From NCBI GenBank assembly GCA_012295275.1, contig CM022665.1, positions 33,852,001-33,916,000 on the forward strand: 64,000 bases of DNA, read 5' to 3'. Source of the stretch: Chrysomallon squamiferum. Lineage: Eukaryota; Animalia; Mollusca. The translations under genes were made by a program, and so were the position numbers. Each line of letters opens with the position of its first letter. Positions within the stretch are counted from its first letter, which is position 1. The notes below the pieces were generated by a model. It ran no database searches, was not told the DNA's origin, and saw only the letters and a list, made by a program, of their open reading frames with translations. This document shows positions 62,828 to 64,000 of the stretch, piece by piece.

Positions 62828-64000
62828 GGGTCATTCGGTGTCAAATCACCCAAAAAAAAAAAGAAATTTAAACCCGACCGTCTCAGATTTTTATAAAACT
62901 TGGTATACTTGTTGACTGGGATCCCACAGCACCAAATCTGAAATGTTAGCCCAATCAGACCAGTGGTGTGGGAGATACGGCCCACGGAATTTTGAGATTT
63001 TTGCCAAAAAATGGGTGTGACCACCAACCTTAGAACCCTCATATCTCAGGAACTACTGGGCCAATCTTCATAAAATTGGTATTGTTAGAAAGGCAAAATG
63101 ACAAGGATACCAAATCTGCCATTTTTGTTTAGTTTGGAAAATACTGGAGTACCTTGACCTTTTGACCTTTGCTATGACCTTGAAATTGACCGTGTGGATC
63201 ACGTGATCTTGAGATGACCTTTATTGAAATTTAATCTCCCACATGTTAACTAAAACATATAAAAGTTTCCTGGGTGTAATATTTTTTGTTTAGCCACAAT
63301 ATAGATTTAAAAAATGCACATACATGAAAATAACACGTTTTCAGCCATTAACATCTGATTAACTAAAACATGAATGATCAATTCTGGATTCTAGGAATCA
63401 CCATCTCTCTTGATCATCGAGTAAGACATTGTAGGCCTACATGTATGCATAAAGTTCACATAAATTTGAGAGAACTAGGTGTTTCTGATGCTTAACCTTC
63501 TCACTATGTTTGTTTCAAATGCTCACTGTATCCTTCATTCCCAGACACATTCTACTGTTCTCATCACTTTCATAAAATTGGATTATTTCCTCCTTCAATT
63601 CATTGTCCTTTCAATGGTAAAGGGTGACAAAATCAAGATTTGCACACGCTCTGGGTAGGATTCAGACATTAAGATGTCATTTTAATGTTACTGTAGCTGA
63701 TGCTAGTTTTTTCCTGTCCTTTCATTCATTTACTGGAATGTGCTAATGAATGGAGTTTGACAGGAGTTTCGCCTAAACTCAACAGAATAGAATTCAAATC
63801 AAAGTCCTTTTCTGGGGAAACAACAACCAGTGGTTTGTCTGGCAAGTTATCACCAAATTCTCCCATTGTAATACCACCCATACTAAAGCCATCCTCTGCA
63901 GGACATTTGATTTCTGAAGGGTAATCAGACAGTCAAGCACAACTTGTCTCCTGGCACTAGTGTCTTTGGAGGATTTACTAAGCATTTTTAAATGCCCATG
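62828..64000 (-). mobile_element. Degraded DNA transposon, possibly Sola2-like, running off the window end
   Basis: Composition shifts sharply at ATTT|GGGTCATTCGGTGTCAAATCACCC. Subterminal TGACCT repeats occur at ~63150-63220. A minus-strand remnant reads LKEEIIQFYESDENSRMCLGMKDTVSI*..KVKHQKHLVLSNLCELY (~63600-63445). A GRG terminus with a 4-bp AT-rich TSD fits Sola2 as I recall it; the other end is not visible. Confidence 0.55.

Overview
AT-rich, intron-rich animal genomic DNA; lophotrochozoan or mollusc-like origin is inferred, not proven. From left to right: (1) a decayed transposase-like region (~1.1-3.9 kb). (2) About 57 copies of a CpG-rich 169-bp satellite (5.5-15.2 kb), which produce all the ~92-aa repeat ORFs. 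(3) A 5'-truncated LINE. (4) An intron-containing PhyH-family (phytanoyl-CoA dioxygenase-like) pseudogene on + that the ORF track largely misses. (5) A probably 4-exon minus-strand gene for a ~1,526-aa protein with a signal peptide, consisting almost entirely of RR-delimited Arg/Asp/Glu/Ser repeats with higher-order structure. (6) A pogo-like non-autonomous DNA transposon. (7) The 3' part of an alpha-actinin gene on - (21 exon positions traced by hand). It has tandem, probably mutually exclusive CH2 exons, candidate 3-21-nt microexons, one apparent frameshift, an intronic Buster-type hAT element with a perfect 8-bp TSD, and a possible Sola2-like element at the right edge. All coordinates were read by hand and no database searches were run.
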